This document shows, piece after piece, positions 9,530 to 19,854 of a stretch of DNA of 64,000 bases (position 1 is the first letter of the stretch; each line of letters starts with the position of its first letter). The notes under the pieces are model-generated. The model had not been told where the DNA came from, made no database searches, and was given only the letters and a program-made list of their open reading frames with translations. The stretch is from a bacterium (GTDB taxonomy: Bacteria; Bacillota; Clostridia; Christensenellales; DTU072): positions 111,326-175,325 of the forward strand of contig CAVIQK010000002.1 in NCBI GenBank assembly GCA_963644945.1, in the 5' to 3' direction. Both the position numbers and the translations under genes were made by a program.

Positions 9530-11719
9530 ATGAAGAAATCCCTGACAATACTTCTTCTCGTTTTGGTAATCGTATTTGCGTTTACAGGATGCACTGCGGT
9601 CAAGAAAGGAGAAGAGGTTGTAAAGGGCGGTACATTTGATGAGTACACTGCGGTGTCAGGATCTGATGACGGCAAGTATTTAGCAGACGATTGGACTCTC
9701 TATACAGGCGGAGCACAATCAAAGTCTGCTTTTTCACTATCCGACAACGGCAATGTTGTAATTGATACCACAAGTTCCGGTTACGCATCAATGCATCAAA
9801 CCGTCCAACTAAAATCTGGAAAATATTACAAACTTTCGTACAAATTTACGATTACATCCATATCCGAATATTCCACAAGCGACGATTATACCGAAATATC
9901 CGGTATATATGTTTCGTTTGACGAAGCCGCCAACTTCAATCGTGGGACCGACGAAAACCCCGTTATGAACAAAGCGGTCGAAAGCGGAGAAATCACGATT
10001 TATTTCAAATCACAAGGACTCAACAAATCTACGATTGCCGTCAATTTCGGTGCAGAAACCGCTCCCGTAAAAGGTGTTGTCAATCTTAGAGACATCAGTC
10101 TTGTAGAAGTTGATTACAGTGCAATCAAAACAGCCGGAATGGAAAGTGAAGTAAAGACTTTGGTCCCTACCGTATATAATGTAGCAACAACAGACAATGT
10201 TCCCTACATTGCAGTAGGAGGCGTACTTGTCTTGGCACTTGCCTATGTCGCTTACGTCTTATTCGCAAGATATTTTGCAGTAAGGAACAGTCTCTCCGGC
10301 AGCCTTGCCAACTTTGATGCAAAACCCGTCCTCGGTATGCTTGTATCAATTTGCATAGCCCTAGTTGTAAGACTTGTTTCATCTCTTGCAATTTCACTAA
10401 ACAACGCCAACTTTATTGACATCAATTTAGGATACGATGCCGCCAACTTGTCAAAAGAAGCATCCGCCCTTGTCAATAGCGGTGGAACAGTTTGGTTCTT
10501 AAAGTACAACACTACATCGGCATTTGAACCTTTGAGATTGCTTCTTTTAGCCCTTGCAGGACTCCCCGGAAAAGGTTTCTCACTAGCATCCGACGTCCTT
10601 ATTTGCAACACCTTCTTTATTAGATTGTTTGCAATAATTGCAGATCTCGTGGTTGTCGCTTTGATTTACAAATCAATGTATAAGCGCTCCGGTTCGATTT
10701 CCGCAACAATAATGGCTTCGTTATACGGACTTGTTCCGCTCACGTTCGCACTTTCTTCGGTATTTACCGTATGGAGTTCGATTACCGTTATGTTAGTCGT
10801 ATTGACCTTCTACTTCATACTCAACAACCGCAATTATTTTGCAGTAGTTGCCACATATTTCTTGGCTTGTATGTTCAGTACTTGGGCAATTTGGCTCGCA
10901 CCTATCATGGTAATGTGGTCGGTAAGAGAATTTATCAAAAAGAAGTCTTTACGTATCCCCGTCATTGCATCGCTTGTCGCAGGATTTGTACTCTTCTATC
11001 TCGTGTCTTTGCCCTTCACAGTTGGTCTAAAAGCACAAGAACTCGGCAATACTTTCTCATGCTTCCAACTCTACTTCAATGCAATCTTGGGTGGCAATTA
11101 TTACGTGGAAAATGCGTTTAACTTCCAAGCATTACTCGGCAACAACATGGCGACAATCAGCACCGCATCGCTAGTTATTGACATCATATTCTTTGCCTTT
11201 GCGATCGTCCTTGCAGTCGTTGCTTACTTGAAGAGCCCCAATAGACTCGACCTAGTGCTTGTAGCCGCCGCTTATATGATCATCTTGTATACTTTCGGCG
11301 CACGTATGACTCCCGAATTCTTATACATCGCAGTCGCACTTTTATTCCTATACGGAGTCGTGTCACTCGACAAGAGATCGATTTTCGCAGCCGTTATCTT
11401 CATGACCATTTTGTTCGTAAACGTCGCTTATCTCTACGCTTACGTCGAATACGGCGATGCCCAACCGCAATATGCCTATACCGACGGCTTGGCGTACACA
11501 TTCAGTGCGTTCGAACTTATCATGGCGCTATATATGATTTATCTTGTATATGACATCACGATAGAAGGAAAAACCGTTTTGGTCAATCCGCTCAAAGTAT
11601 CTTGGTTTACGCTTTGGGGCGTGAGAATCAAAAAATTCGCTTCCGCAGTAGTCAAGGGTTTGAAAGCAATAGGATTCTTCTTCAAAACAGTCTTTTCAAA
11701 AACCCCTAGCGAAAATTAA
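9530..11719 (+). CDS. large membrane protein: lipoprotein-type signal, ~190-aa extracytoplasmic beta-sandwich/CBM-like domain, then a polytopic (>=12 TM) domain; function unknown (GT-C-like glycosyltransferase is a guess)
   Basis: N-terminus MKKSLTILLLVLVIVFAFTGC (lipobox-like FTGC). GGTFDEY...DDWTLYTGG pattern. Very hydrophobic remainder. GAGGT SD; start is 18 nt after the rplS stop. Confidence 0.85.
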   Translation: MKKSLTILLLVLVIVFAFTGCTAVKKGEEVVKGGTFDEYTAVSGSDDGKYLADDWTLYTGGAQSKSAFSLSDNGNVVIDTTSSGYASMHQTVQLKSGKYYKLSYKFTITSISEYSTSDDYTEISGIYVSFDEAANFNRGTDENPVMNKAVESGEITIYFKSQGLNKSTIAVNFGAETAPVKGVVNLRDISLVEVDYSAIKTAGMESEVKTLVPTVYNVATTDNVPYIAVGGVLVLALAYVAYVLFARYFAVRNSLSGSLANFDAKPVLGMLVSICIALVVRLVSSLAISLNNANFIDINLGYDAANLSKEASALVNSGGTVWFLKYNTTSAFEPLRLLLLALAGLPGKGFSLASDVLICNTFFIRLFAIIADLVVVALIYKSMYKRSGSISATIMASLYGLVPLTFALSSVFTVWSSITVMLVVLTFYFILNNRNYFAVVATYFLACMFSTWAIWLAPIMVMWSVREFIKKKSLRIPVIASLVAGFVLFYLVSLPFTVGLKAQELGNTFSCFQLYFNAILGGNYYVENAFNFQALLGNNMATISTASLVIDIIFFAFAIVLAVVAYLKSPNRLDLVLVAAAYMIILYTFGARMTPEFLYIAVALLFLYGVVSLDKRSIFAAVIFMTILFVNVAYLYAYVEYGDAQPQYAYTDGLAYTFSAFELIMALYMIYLVYDITIEGKTVLVNPLKVSWFTLWGVRIKKFASAVVKGLKAIGFFFKTVFSKTPSEN

Positions 11720-11735
11720 AAATCAACAATAAAGA

Positions 11736-11762
11736 AAAGGCACCGCAAGGTGCTTTTTTTTT
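11736..11762 (+). terminator. intrinsic terminator
   Basis: GCACC-GCAA-GGTGC hairpin flanked by an A-run and a 9-T run. Confidence 0.85.
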
Positions 11763-11838
11763 GCAAAAAAAATTATTTCAAAAATTATATATCGTATGAT
11801 ATATATTCGGACTATAATAAAGAATATCAAAAATATAG

Positions 11839-11867
11839 TGGAAATTTTCATATTTGTGTGCTAGAAT
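11839..11867 (+). promoter_or_regulatory. candidate promoter of comM-dprA-topA
   Basis: Extended -10 TGcTAGAAT (11859-11867); weak -35 TGGAAA. Confidence 0.4.
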
Positions 11868-11912
11868 ATCAAATGAAAAAATTTGAGCGATATTTTTAGG
11901 AGAAAATTGCCC

Positions 11913-13460
11913 ATGTTGACGGTAATCAAAAGTTATGCTTTGGACGGTATTGACGGCTACGTAGTCGATGTAGAAGTCGATATCAACAAAGGAATTCCCG
12001 CATTTGACATTGTAGGACTTCCCTCTAACGGCGTAAAAGAGGCAAGAGACCGTATGAGATCTGCCATCAAAAACAGTTCTTTGGAGTTTACAAGAGCAAG
12101 AGTCACCATCAACCTAGCCCCTGCCGACGTGAAAAAACAAGGATCTCACCTAGACCTTGCTATGACTCTCGGCTTTTTGACTGCAACCGAACAATTCCCC
12201 TATGAACCCCTCAAAGACTTTATAGTACTCGGCGAATTATCGCTTGACGGCGGAATAAGACACGTCAACGGCGTAATGCCTATGATTTTGTCAGCCATGC
12301 AAGACGGCTACACCAAGTTTATTATCCCCAAAGACAACCAAAAAGAGGCAAGTTTTATCCAAGGTGTCGAAGTATATGCGATAGATAGCATTTCCGAGTT
12401 ATGCAGTTACCTTGCAGGGACCAAAGAATTCAAAACCGTTCCGCATACAAATTATGCCAGTGGCAAAGATTTAGGCAAATACGGTATAGATTTTGCCGAC
12501 GTCAAAGGACAAAAAACGGCAAAAAGAGCCATCGAAATAGCCGTTGCAGGCGCTCACAACATACTTATTTCCGGTTCCCCCGGAGCAGGCAAAACCATGC
12601 TTGCCAAATGTATCCCTACAATTATGCCGACCATGACCTTCGCAGAAGCCGTCGAAGTGACCAAAATTCACTCTATAGCCGGACTTCTCGATCAAGAAGA
12701 AGGTATGGTTACCGTTAGACCGTTCAGGACACCACACCACACCGCAAGCCTATTCAGCATCACAGGCGGAGGCACCAAAAGTCTCCCCGGAGAAGTCAGC
12801 CTTGCCCACAACGGCGTACTCTTTTTGGACGAGTTTCCGGAGTATCCGAGAAGGACTCTTGAGAGCCTTCGTCAGCCCCTAGAAGATCGAGTAATTACCG
12901 TATCGAGAGTAGCGAAGACCATAGAATATCCGGCACACTTTATGCTTGTCGCATCGATGAATCCTTGCCCGTGCGGCAATCGTGGCAACAGTTATGATCC
13001 GAGCCTTCCCCAATGCACTTGCACTCAGCGAGAAATTAGGAATTATTTGTCAAAACTCTCCGGACCGTTACTTGACCGCATAGATCTTCATGTCACGTCC
13101 GACAACGTCGAATATGCAGAACTTCGGGGCGGAGAAGTATCCGAATCAAGTGAAGTTATCCGCCAACGTGTCGAAAAGGCTAGAGACATACAACGTAAGA
13201 GATTTGAAAATGACGGCATATTTGTCAATTCCGAAATGACGCCAAAACTTATGGACATATATTGCAAATTAGATAGCGATTGCGAAAAGATTTTGAGCAA
13301 AGCCTACCAAACTTTGCATCTTTCGGCAAGAGGCGCCAACAGAATATTGAAGACTGCTCGCACAATAGCCGACCTATCGGGAAAACCCGACATCGACAAA
13401 GCCAGTCTTATGGAAGCGATACAGTATAGGACCTTCGACATCAAGGAGTATGTTTTGTGA
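11913..13460 (+). CDS. comM: YifB/ComM family Mg-chelatase-like AAA+ ATPase
   Basis: ATG 11913 lies 9 nt after AGGAGA. MLTVIKSYALDGIDGY...; Walker A GSPGAGKT; Walker B VLFLDEFPE; Cys cluster NPCPCG...CTC. Confidence 0.92.
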   Translation: MLTVIKSYALDGIDGYVVDVEVDINKGIPAFDIVGLPSNGVKEARDRMRSAIKNSSLEFTRARVTINLAPADVKKQGSHLDLAMTLGFLTATEQFPYEPLKDFIVLGELSLDGGIRHVNGVMPMILSAMQDGYTKFIIPKDNQKEASFIQGVEVYAIDSISELCSYLAGTKEFKTVPHTNYASGKDLGKYGIDFADVKGQKTAKRAIEIAVAGAHNILISGSPGAGKTMLAKCIPTIMPTMTFAEAVEVTKIHSIAGLLDQEEGMVTVRPFRTPHHTASLFSITGGGTKSLPGEVSLAHNGVLFLDEFPEYPRRTLESLRQPLEDRVITVSRVAKTIEYPAHFMLVASMNPCPCGNRGNSYDPSLPQCTCTQREIRNYLSKLSGPLLDRIDLHVTSDNVEYAELRGGEVSESSEVIRQRVEKARDIQRKRFENDGIFVNSEMTPKLMDIYCKLDSDCEKILSKAYQTLHLSARGANRILKTARTIADLSGKPDIDKASLMEAIQYRTFDIKEYVL

Positions 13461-14545
13461 AAACTTTTTCCGATACTACTAAAAATCTTTTGTGGTTTGC
13501 CGGTACCGAAGGCATCTCCCGAAAAACACTAAGGAATCTTGTCGAAAAACTTGATTTTTCGTCAATTCATGAAGATTTTGACAAAAATCGTGACACTATT
13601 ATAGCAGTAGCCGGTGAAAATGCCTATACAAAACTAAAAAAACAACTCGAAAGCGGTGTAATCAATCAATATGTCGATGAATTAAACGCAAAAAAAATTG
13701 ACGTGTTGACAATTTTCGACGAAGATTATCCCGAATTATTAAAGGAAATTCAAGATTCGCCGATTATACTTTACCTAAAAGGCAACAGAGATTTGCTAAA
13801 AACCGACTGTATATCTATCGTAGGTTCTCGCAATATGACGAGATACGGACAAAGCGTGACGGAAAAATTTGCAAGAGAACTAACATCCGCAGGCTTTACG
13901 ATAGTGAGCGGTATGGCAAGAGGAATAGACACCGCATCACACAAGGCGACAATTGACAACAACGGCAACACAATCGCCGTTTTAGGCTCGGGAATAGATG
14001 TAGTCTATCCCGCCGAAAACAATGCCTTATATGAAGAAATTGTCAAAAAAGGACTTGTAATTAGCGAATATCCCTCCGGTGCCAAGCCCAACAACTACCA
14101 ATTCCCCGAAAGGAATCGCATAATTGCGGCAATGTCAATAGGCACCCTAGTGACCGAAGCGGGACTGAAAAGCGGATCGCTTATCACTGCCAATCTCGCA
14201 CTTGAATACGGAAGAGAACTCTTTGTAGTCCCCTCCAATATCAATTCAAAATACGGAGAGGGTTGCAACGAACTTATCAAAAATGCATCGGGTGCGCTTA
14301 CCACGAGCCTAAACGACATTCTTACGGCACTAGGCGTATCAAAAAGGCTAGAAGAAGCCCCCTCCTCAATGCAACTTGATTATGTCCAAGAACTCATACT
14401 TGACAAATTAAGTCACGGCGAGGCCCACATCGAAGAACTAATAGAAATTTCACAATTACCGCTTACCGGTATAATGTCAATACTTACCGAAATGGAACTA
14501 TTCGGGCTAATAAAAAAATTACCTAACAACATGTATGGAGTATGA
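13457..14545 (+). CDS. dprA: DNA processing protein DprA
   Basis: GTG 13457 lies 8 nt after AAGGAG and overlaps the comM stop. IVGSRNMTRYG, SGMARGIDTASH, FPERNRIIA motifs. Confidence 0.93.
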   Translation: MKTFSDTTKNLLWFAGTEGISRKTLRNLVEKLDFSSIHEDFDKNRDTIIAVAGENAYTKLKKQLESGVINQYVDELNAKKIDVLTIFDEDYPELLKEIQDSPIILYLKGNRDLLKTDCISIVGSRNMTRYGQSVTEKFARELTSAGFTIVSGMARGIDTASHKATIDNNGNTIAVLGSGIDVVYPAENNALYEEIVKKGLVISEYPSGAKPNNYQFPERNRIIAAMSIGTLVTEAGLKSGSLITANLALEYGRELFVVPSNINSKYGEGCNELIKNASGALTTSLNDILTALGVSKRLEEAPSSMQLDYVQELILDKLSHGEAHIEELIEISQLPLTGIMSILTEMELFGLIKKLPNNMYGV

Positions 14546-14546
14546 A

Positions 14547-16670
14547 ATGAAACTAATTATTATCGAATCCCCCAACAAAGCAAAAACCATCCAAAAGTAC
14601 TTAGGCAGCGAATATAAAGTGCTTGCATCGGGAGGACACGTATGCGACCTTCCCGAAAAAAGTCTAGGAATAGACGTCGAGCACGATTTTGCACCGGAAT
14701 ATATTATCAACAAAGACAAAAAAGACAGCATTAAAAATATGCGCAACGCAGTAAACTCTGCAAAAGAAGTTTACCTCGCAACCGACCCGGATAGAGAAGG
14801 AGAAGCAATATCGTGGCACCTTGCCAAAGTTTTGGACATCGAAGGCAAGAAAAACCGTATAGAATTCAACGAAATTTCCAAAAAAGCGGTTATGAATGCA
14901 CTCGAAAACCCCAGAGAAATCAATATTCAGTTGGTAGATGCCCAACAAGCAAGGAGAGTGCTAGACAGATTAGTCGGTTACAAAATAAGCCCCATAATCA
15001 ACAAAAAAATCAAAAAAGGCTTGTCGGCAGGCAGAGTGCAATCTGCTGCGCTCAAAATGATTGTAGATAAAGAAGTCGAAATTAGAAATTTCGTCCCCGA
15101 AGAATATTGGAATATATTCGGTTATTTTGTAAAAGAAGGTACCGACATTACTTTTAGAGCCCAATTCATCGATTGGAACGGTAAAAAGATAAAAGTCAAC
15201 AACGAGAAGTCCGCAACAAATGTCGCCAAAGAAATGGAGATTTGTACGTACAGTGTTGACAAAGTCACCAAAGGCACCAAAAAGGTCCACCCCCAACCTC
15301 CGTTCACTACCAGTACGCTACAACAAGACGGTGCAACCAAATTAGGACTCACCGCTCCCCAAGTTATGCAAGTAGCCCAACAGTTGTACGAAGGCATCGA
15401 AATCCCCGGAGAAGGACACGTCGCACTCGTAACATATATCCGTACCGACTCGGTTAGACTCTCCCCCGAGAGCCAACAAGCCGCCATCAAGTACATTGTC
15501 GACCATTACGGTCCCAAATATGCTCCGCAACAACCCAATGTCTATAAAACCAAGAGTGCCAACGTTCAAGACGCCCACGAAGCAATCAGACCTATTACGC
15601 TTGACCGCACTCCGGACAGCATCAAAGACAAAGTAAGTCGCAACCAATATCGCTTGTATAAACTAATTTACGAGAGATTTTTGGCAAGCCAAATGACCAA
15701 TGCCGTCTATGACACATTGAACGTGCATATTGCAGGACAATCTGAAAAAGGCATTCTCGGATTCCAACTCACCGGTAAAACCAAGACTTTTGCAGGATAC
15801 ACCGCAATTTATGAGATAGCCGAAGAGAACGACGAAAAAGAAGAATCACAACAAAAACTTCCCCCGATAAACGAGGGCGACAATTTGAAATTTACGGGTG
15901 CCAAAACCGAGCAGAAGTTCACCAAAGCCCCGTCAAGATATACGGATGCAAGCCTTGTCAAGGCAATGGAAGACAACGGCATCGGCCGTCCGTCCACTTA
16001 TGCAAGCGTAATTGCCGTACTTGCCAAGAGAGAATATACGGAAAAAGAGCAAAAAGCCATCAAGCCTACCCCACTCGGCGAATCAGTCACTCAATTTATG
16101 ACCAAATATTTTGACGACATCGTAGATACCAAGTTCACCGCAAGGATGGAATCTCAACTAGACACGATAGAAGAGGGCAAAACGAGATGGCAAGACCTTG
16201 TCGCATCTTTCTATCCTCCGCTCGAAAAACACTGCAAAGTAGCCGTAAAAGACGGCGAAAAAATGACCGTCCCCGCAGAGCCTACCGGAATAGTCTGTGA
16301 CAAATGCGGAGCCCCTATGGTGCTAAGAGAAGGCAAATTCGGCAAGTTTTACGGATGCTCCAACTACCCCAAGTGTAAGAATATTATAAATGCAGAAAAC
16401 GAGGTAGTCGGCAAATGTCCCGACTGTGGAAGCGATATCATAAAACGTAAATCTAAAAAAGGCAAAGTCTTTTACGGATGCTCCAATTACCCCACTTGCA
16501 AATTCATGTCATGGGAAGTCCCTGCGCCCTCCCGTTGCCCGAAATGCAATAGCGTAATGCGAGTGGTCACCAAAAAAGATAAAACCGAATATGTTTGCAC
16601 CAATGCGACATGCAATCATAAAATCGATGTAGAAAACCAAGTAGAACCCTTGGAACCAAACCAAAAATAG
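14547..16670 (+). CDS. topA: DNA topoisomerase I
   Basis: MKLIIIESPNKAKTI (Toprim), active-site region YIRTDS, three C-terminal C4 zinc ribbons (CDKCG..., CPDCG..., CPKCN...). Confidence 0.96.
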   Translation: MKLIIIESPNKAKTIQKYLGSEYKVLASGGHVCDLPEKSLGIDVEHDFAPEYIINKDKKDSIKNMRNAVNSAKEVYLATDPDREGEAISWHLAKVLDIEGKKNRIEFNEISKKAVMNALENPREINIQLVDAQQARRVLDRLVGYKISPIINKKIKKGLSAGRVQSAALKMIVDKEVEIRNFVPEEYWNIFGYFVKEGTDITFRAQFIDWNGKKIKVNNEKSATNVAKEMEICTYSVDKVTKGTKKVHPQPPFTTSTLQQDGATKLGLTAPQVMQVAQQLYEGIEIPGEGHVALVTYIRTDSVRLSPESQQAAIKYIVDHYGPKYAPQQPNVYKTKSANVQDAHEAIRPITLDRTPDSIKDKVSRNQYRLYKLIYERFLASQMTNAVYDTLNVHIAGQSEKGILGFQLTGKTKTFAGYTAIYEIAEENDEKEESQQKLPPINEGDNLKFTGAKTEQKFTKAPSRYTDASLVKAMEDNGIGRPSTYASVIAVLAKREYTEKEQKAIKPTPLGESVTQFMTKYFDDIVDTKFTARMESQLDTIEEGKTRWQDLVASFYPPLEKHCKVAVKDGEKMTVPAEPTGIVCDKCGAPMVLREGKFGKFYGCSNYPKCKNIINAENEVVGKCPDCGSDIIKRKSKKGKVFYGCSNYPTCKFMSWEVPAPSRCPKCNSVMRVVTKKDKTEYVCTNATCNHKIDVENQVEPLEPNQK

Positions 16671-16671
16671 A

Positions 16672-17961
16672 ATGAAAACAATCAACATAATCGGTGGCGG
16701 TTTAGCCGGTGCCGAAGCAAGTTATCAACTGTTAAAAAGAGGCTATGCCGTCAAACTCTACGAGATGCGACCTTATAAGACAACCCCTGCTCACACGTCA
16801 TCGCATCTTGCAGAACTTGTGTGTAGCAACAGTCTAAAAAGTGTTGTGTTGTCATCCGCTCAAGGCGTTCTCAAAGCCGAATTAGAATATCTAGACAGTC
16901 TAATTTTGAAATGTGCCAAAAGTTCGGCTGTCCCTGCCGGTGCAGCCCTTGCCGTAGATCGAGATAATTTCTCGTTAGCAGTCGAAAAAGAATTGTCGCA
17001 GTTTGACAATTTTGAGATAGTGAGAGAAGAAGTAACCGAAATAGGCGAGGACACTATTATAGCATCGGGGCCTCTCACATCCGACCAACTTGCCCTTTCC
17101 ATAAAGAATTTGGTAGGCAGTGATTATCTTGGATTTTACGATGCGGTTGCCCCCATAATTACACTTGATTCCGTCAACAAAGAGAAGTGTTTTTACGGTA
17201 GCCGTTACGACAAAGGCGATGACGATTATATCAACTGCCCGATGAACGAAACCGAATATAATGAGTTTTACGAAGCACTTATATCGGCAGAGAGTCACGA
17301 AGTCCATGAAATAGACAAAAAAGAAGTTTTCGAGGCATGTATGCCCGTAGAAATAATGGCAAAGAGGGGAAAGGAATCGCTACTTTTCGGCCCATTGAGA
17401 CCGGTAGGACTCAAAGATCCTAGGACGGGAAAACGAGCCTATGCCGTCGTTCAGTTAAGACAAGAAAACGCCAACGGATCTCTTGTGAACCTAGTCGGTT
17501 TTCAAACAAATTTGCGAAATTCCGAACAAGAGAGAGTGTTTGGAAAAATCCCTGCCCTAGAACATGCCGAATTTGTAAGGTACGGCAGAATGCATAGAAA
17601 CACCTATCTCAATGCCCCCTTATGCCTCGAAATGGGCATGAAAGTCAAAAACACCGACAGAATATTTGTCGCCGGTCAGTTGTCCGGTGTCGAAGGCTAT
17701 ATGGAAAGCACAATGTCGGGGCTACTTGCAGGCATCAACATGGCGAGAAGTTTAGAGGGAAAAGACCTAATTATTCCCAATGAATATACAGTGTCCGGTA
17801 GTCTTATGAGATATTTGACCATCCCCAACAAGTCATTTGCCCCGATGCACGTATCGTTTGAATTATTGCCGAGTCTAGAAAACGATGTTAGAGATAAAAA
17901 AGAAAGAAAACTAAAAAAAGCGCAAATAGCAATAGAAAATATTAGGTTATTTGAAAAATAA
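16672..17961 (+). CDS. trmFO: methylenetetrahydrofolate--tRNA-(uracil54-C5)-methyltransferase TrmFO
   Basis: [20 protein letters not shown] fold; ELVCSNS; position after topA as in B. subtilis (gid). Confidence 0.93.
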   Translation: MKTINIIGGGLAGAEASYQLLKRGYAVKLYEMRPYKTTPAHTSSHLAELVCSNSLKSVVLSSAQGVLKAELEYLDSLILKCAKSSAVPAGAALAVDRDNFSLAVEKELSQFDNFEIVREEVTEIGEDTIIASGPLTSDQLALSIKNLVGSDYLGFYDAVAPIITLDSVNKEKCFYGSRYDKGDDDYINCPMNETEYNEFYEALISAESHEVHEIDKKEVFEACMPVEIMAKRGKESLLFGPLRPVGLKDPRTGKRAYAVVQLRQENANGSLVNLVGFQTNLRNSEQERVFGKIPALEHAEFVRYGRMHRNTYLNAPLCLEMGMKVKNTDRIFVAGQLSGVEGYMESTMSGLLAGINMARSLEGKDLIIPNEYTVSGSLMRYLTIPNKSFAPMHVSFELLPSLENDVRDKKERKLKKAQIAIENIRLFEK

Positions 17962-17972
17962 AGGAGAATATT

Positions 17973-18503
17973 ATGCTAGAAGGAACAACAATTTGTGCGG
18001 TAAAAAGAAACGGAATTACCGCTATAGCGGGTGACGGACAAGTTACCATGGGACAAAGCATTGTTTTGAAAGGTAATGCTAAAAAAGTAAAAAGAATATA
18101 CAACGATAAAGTAGTAGTAGGTTTTGCGGGGACTGTCAGCGATGCTTTCAGTTTGTCCGAAAAATTTGAAGAAATGCTACAAAAATATAGTGGCAACCTC
18201 ATGAGAAGTGCCGTAGAACTTGCCGAATGTTGGCGAAAAGGAAATGTTTCTAGGAGTCTAGAAGCCATGCTTATCGTAGCAGATAAAGACAACCTTTTGA
18301 TTATAGACGGCGGTGGCAACGTGGTCGATCCCGAAGAAGGAGTTTGTGCCATCGGTTCAGGCGGAAATTATGCGCTTGCAGCAGCGAGAGCGTTGCTAGC
18401 AAATACCGATCTAAGTGCCGAAGAAATAGCCGTAAGAGCCATGAATATTGCCGCAGATATTTGCATTTTCACCAACCACAATATAAGAGTCGAGACAGTA
18501 TAA
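17973..18503 (+). CDS. hslV: ATP-dependent protease subunit HslV
   Basis: [14 protein letters not shown]... (N-terminal Thr nucleophile context), [14 protein letters not shown]. Confidence 0.94.
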   Translation: MLEGTTICAVKRNGITAIAGDGQVTMGQSIVLKGNAKKVKRIYNDKVVVGFAGTVSDAFSLSEKFEEMLQKYSGNLMRSAVELAECWRKGNVSRSLEAMLIVADKDNLLIIDGGGNVVDPEEGVCAIGSGGNYALAAARALLANTDLSAEEIAVRAMNIAADICIFTNHNIRVETV

Positions 18504-18513
18504 GGAGGAGATT

Positions 18514-19842
18514 ATGGAACTTTTAACGCCAAAACAAATAGTTACCGAATTGGATCGCTACATCATAGGCCAAAACAATGCCAAAAAAATGGTTGCGGTT
18601 TCTTTAAGAAATCGTTATAGAAGGATGCAACTCGATCCCCAAATAAGAGAAGAAATAACTCCTAAAAATATCATCATGCAAGGACCTACCGGTGTAGGTA
18701 AAACCGAAATAGCAAGAAGACTTGCAAAACTCGTCAAGGCCCCCTTTGTAAAGGTCGAAGCCACCAAATTTACCGAAGTAGGCTATGTCGGAAGAGACGT
18801 AGAGTCCATGATAAGAGACCTTGTAGAAGCCTCGATTAGACTTGTAAAAGAAGAAAAAATTGCCGAAGTCGAGCCCAAAGCCCAAAGCCAAGCCGAAAGA
18901 CGTATAGTCGAAATTTTGTTGCCAATAAGACAAAAAGCGAACACCGAAACGCCCAAGGCAGAACTACAAGAAGAACTATTAAGAGATCTTCGAGATGGAA
19001 AACTCGACAAGATACCCCTTGAAATGGAGATTCTCGAACAACCCAAGGCCATCCAATTCGGCCCGATGGGCATGGGTATGGGTGCCGATCAAGGCAATAT
19101 CGGAGAGATATTAGGCTCGATTTTACCGAAGAGCAAAAAGAAAAAGAAGACAACCGTAGGTGACGCATACAAAATATTCTTCAATGAAGAAGCCGAAAAA
19201 CTTATCGACAACGATTCAATCAATCAAGAAGCCTTAAAAAGAGCCGAACAAGAAGGAATAATATTCATTGACGAAATGGACAAAATTGCCGCAAACGGCA
19301 ACAACCAAGGCGGTCCCGACGTATCGAGAGAAGGCGTCCAAAGAGATATTTTGCCTATAGTCGAAGGTTGTACGGTAAGCACCAAATACGGCAACATAAA
19401 GACCGATTTTATCTTGTTTATCGCAGCCGGTGCCTTCCATGTCGCCAAAGTCTCCGACTTGATTCCGGAACTCCAAGGCAGATTCCCTGTCCTTGTCGAA
19501 CTTGATAGCCTAACAGAAGACGACTTTGTCAAAATTTTGACCGAACCCGACAATGCGATCATCAAACAATATCAACAACTACTTGCAGTTGATATGATCA
19601 ACCTCAAATTTACCGACGGAGCATTGAGAAAAATTGCAAGTATCGCATATAGCGAAAACGAAAACAAAGAAAACATAGGTGCAAGACGTTTGCATGCGGT
19701 TATGGAAAGCCTCTTGGAAGACATAAGTTTCAATGCTTGTGGCGGACATGATATGTTAGACGTAGAAATTGACGAAAATTTTGTCGATAAAAACCTAGAA
19801 AAATTGTTGAAAAACAAAAACCTTAAAAAGTATATTATTTAG
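18514..19842 (+). CDS. hslU: ATP-dependent protease ATPase subunit HslU
   Basis: LTPKQIVTELDRYIIGQ, Walker A GPTGVGKTEIARRLA, IIFIDEMDKIA, sensor GARRLHAVME. Confidence 0.96.
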   Translation: MELLTPKQIVTELDRYIIGQNNAKKMVAVSLRNRYRRMQLDPQIREEITPKNIIMQGPTGVGKTEIARRLAKLVKAPFVKVEATKFTEVGYVGRDVESMIRDLVEASIRLVKEEKIAEVEPKAQSQAERRIVEILLPIRQKANTETPKAELQEELLRDLRDGKLDKIPLEMEILEQPKAIQFGPMGMGMGADQGNIGEILGSILPKSKKKKKTTVGDAYKIFFNEEAEKLIDNDSINQEALKRAEQEGIIFIDEMDKIAANGNNQGGPDVSREGVQRDILPIVEGCTVSTKYGNIKTDFILFIAAGAFHVAKVSDLIPELQGRFPVLVELDSLTEDDFVKILTEPDNAIIKQYQQLLAVDMINLKFTDGALRKIASIAYSENENKENIGARRLHAVMESLLEDISFNACGGHDMLDVEIDENFVDKNLEKLLKNKNLKKYII

Positions 19843-19854
19843 AGAGGATCAATT

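Noticed and set aside
11873-11899. 8-codon mini-ORF (MKKFERYF) in the comM leader, and a 3-codon ATG-CAT-GAG-TAG frame at 63462.
   Set aside because: They are too short, lack an SD, and no attenuator structure is evident. They are probably chance ATGs in AT-rich leaders.
16672-19842. Absence of xerC(codV) and codY around trmFO-hslV-hslU, compared with the B. subtilis topA-gid-codV-clpQ-clpY-codY arrangement.
   Set aside because: This is a real difference in gene content, but such variation is common outside the Bacillales. No scar, pseudogene or spacing anomaly marks a recent deletion.
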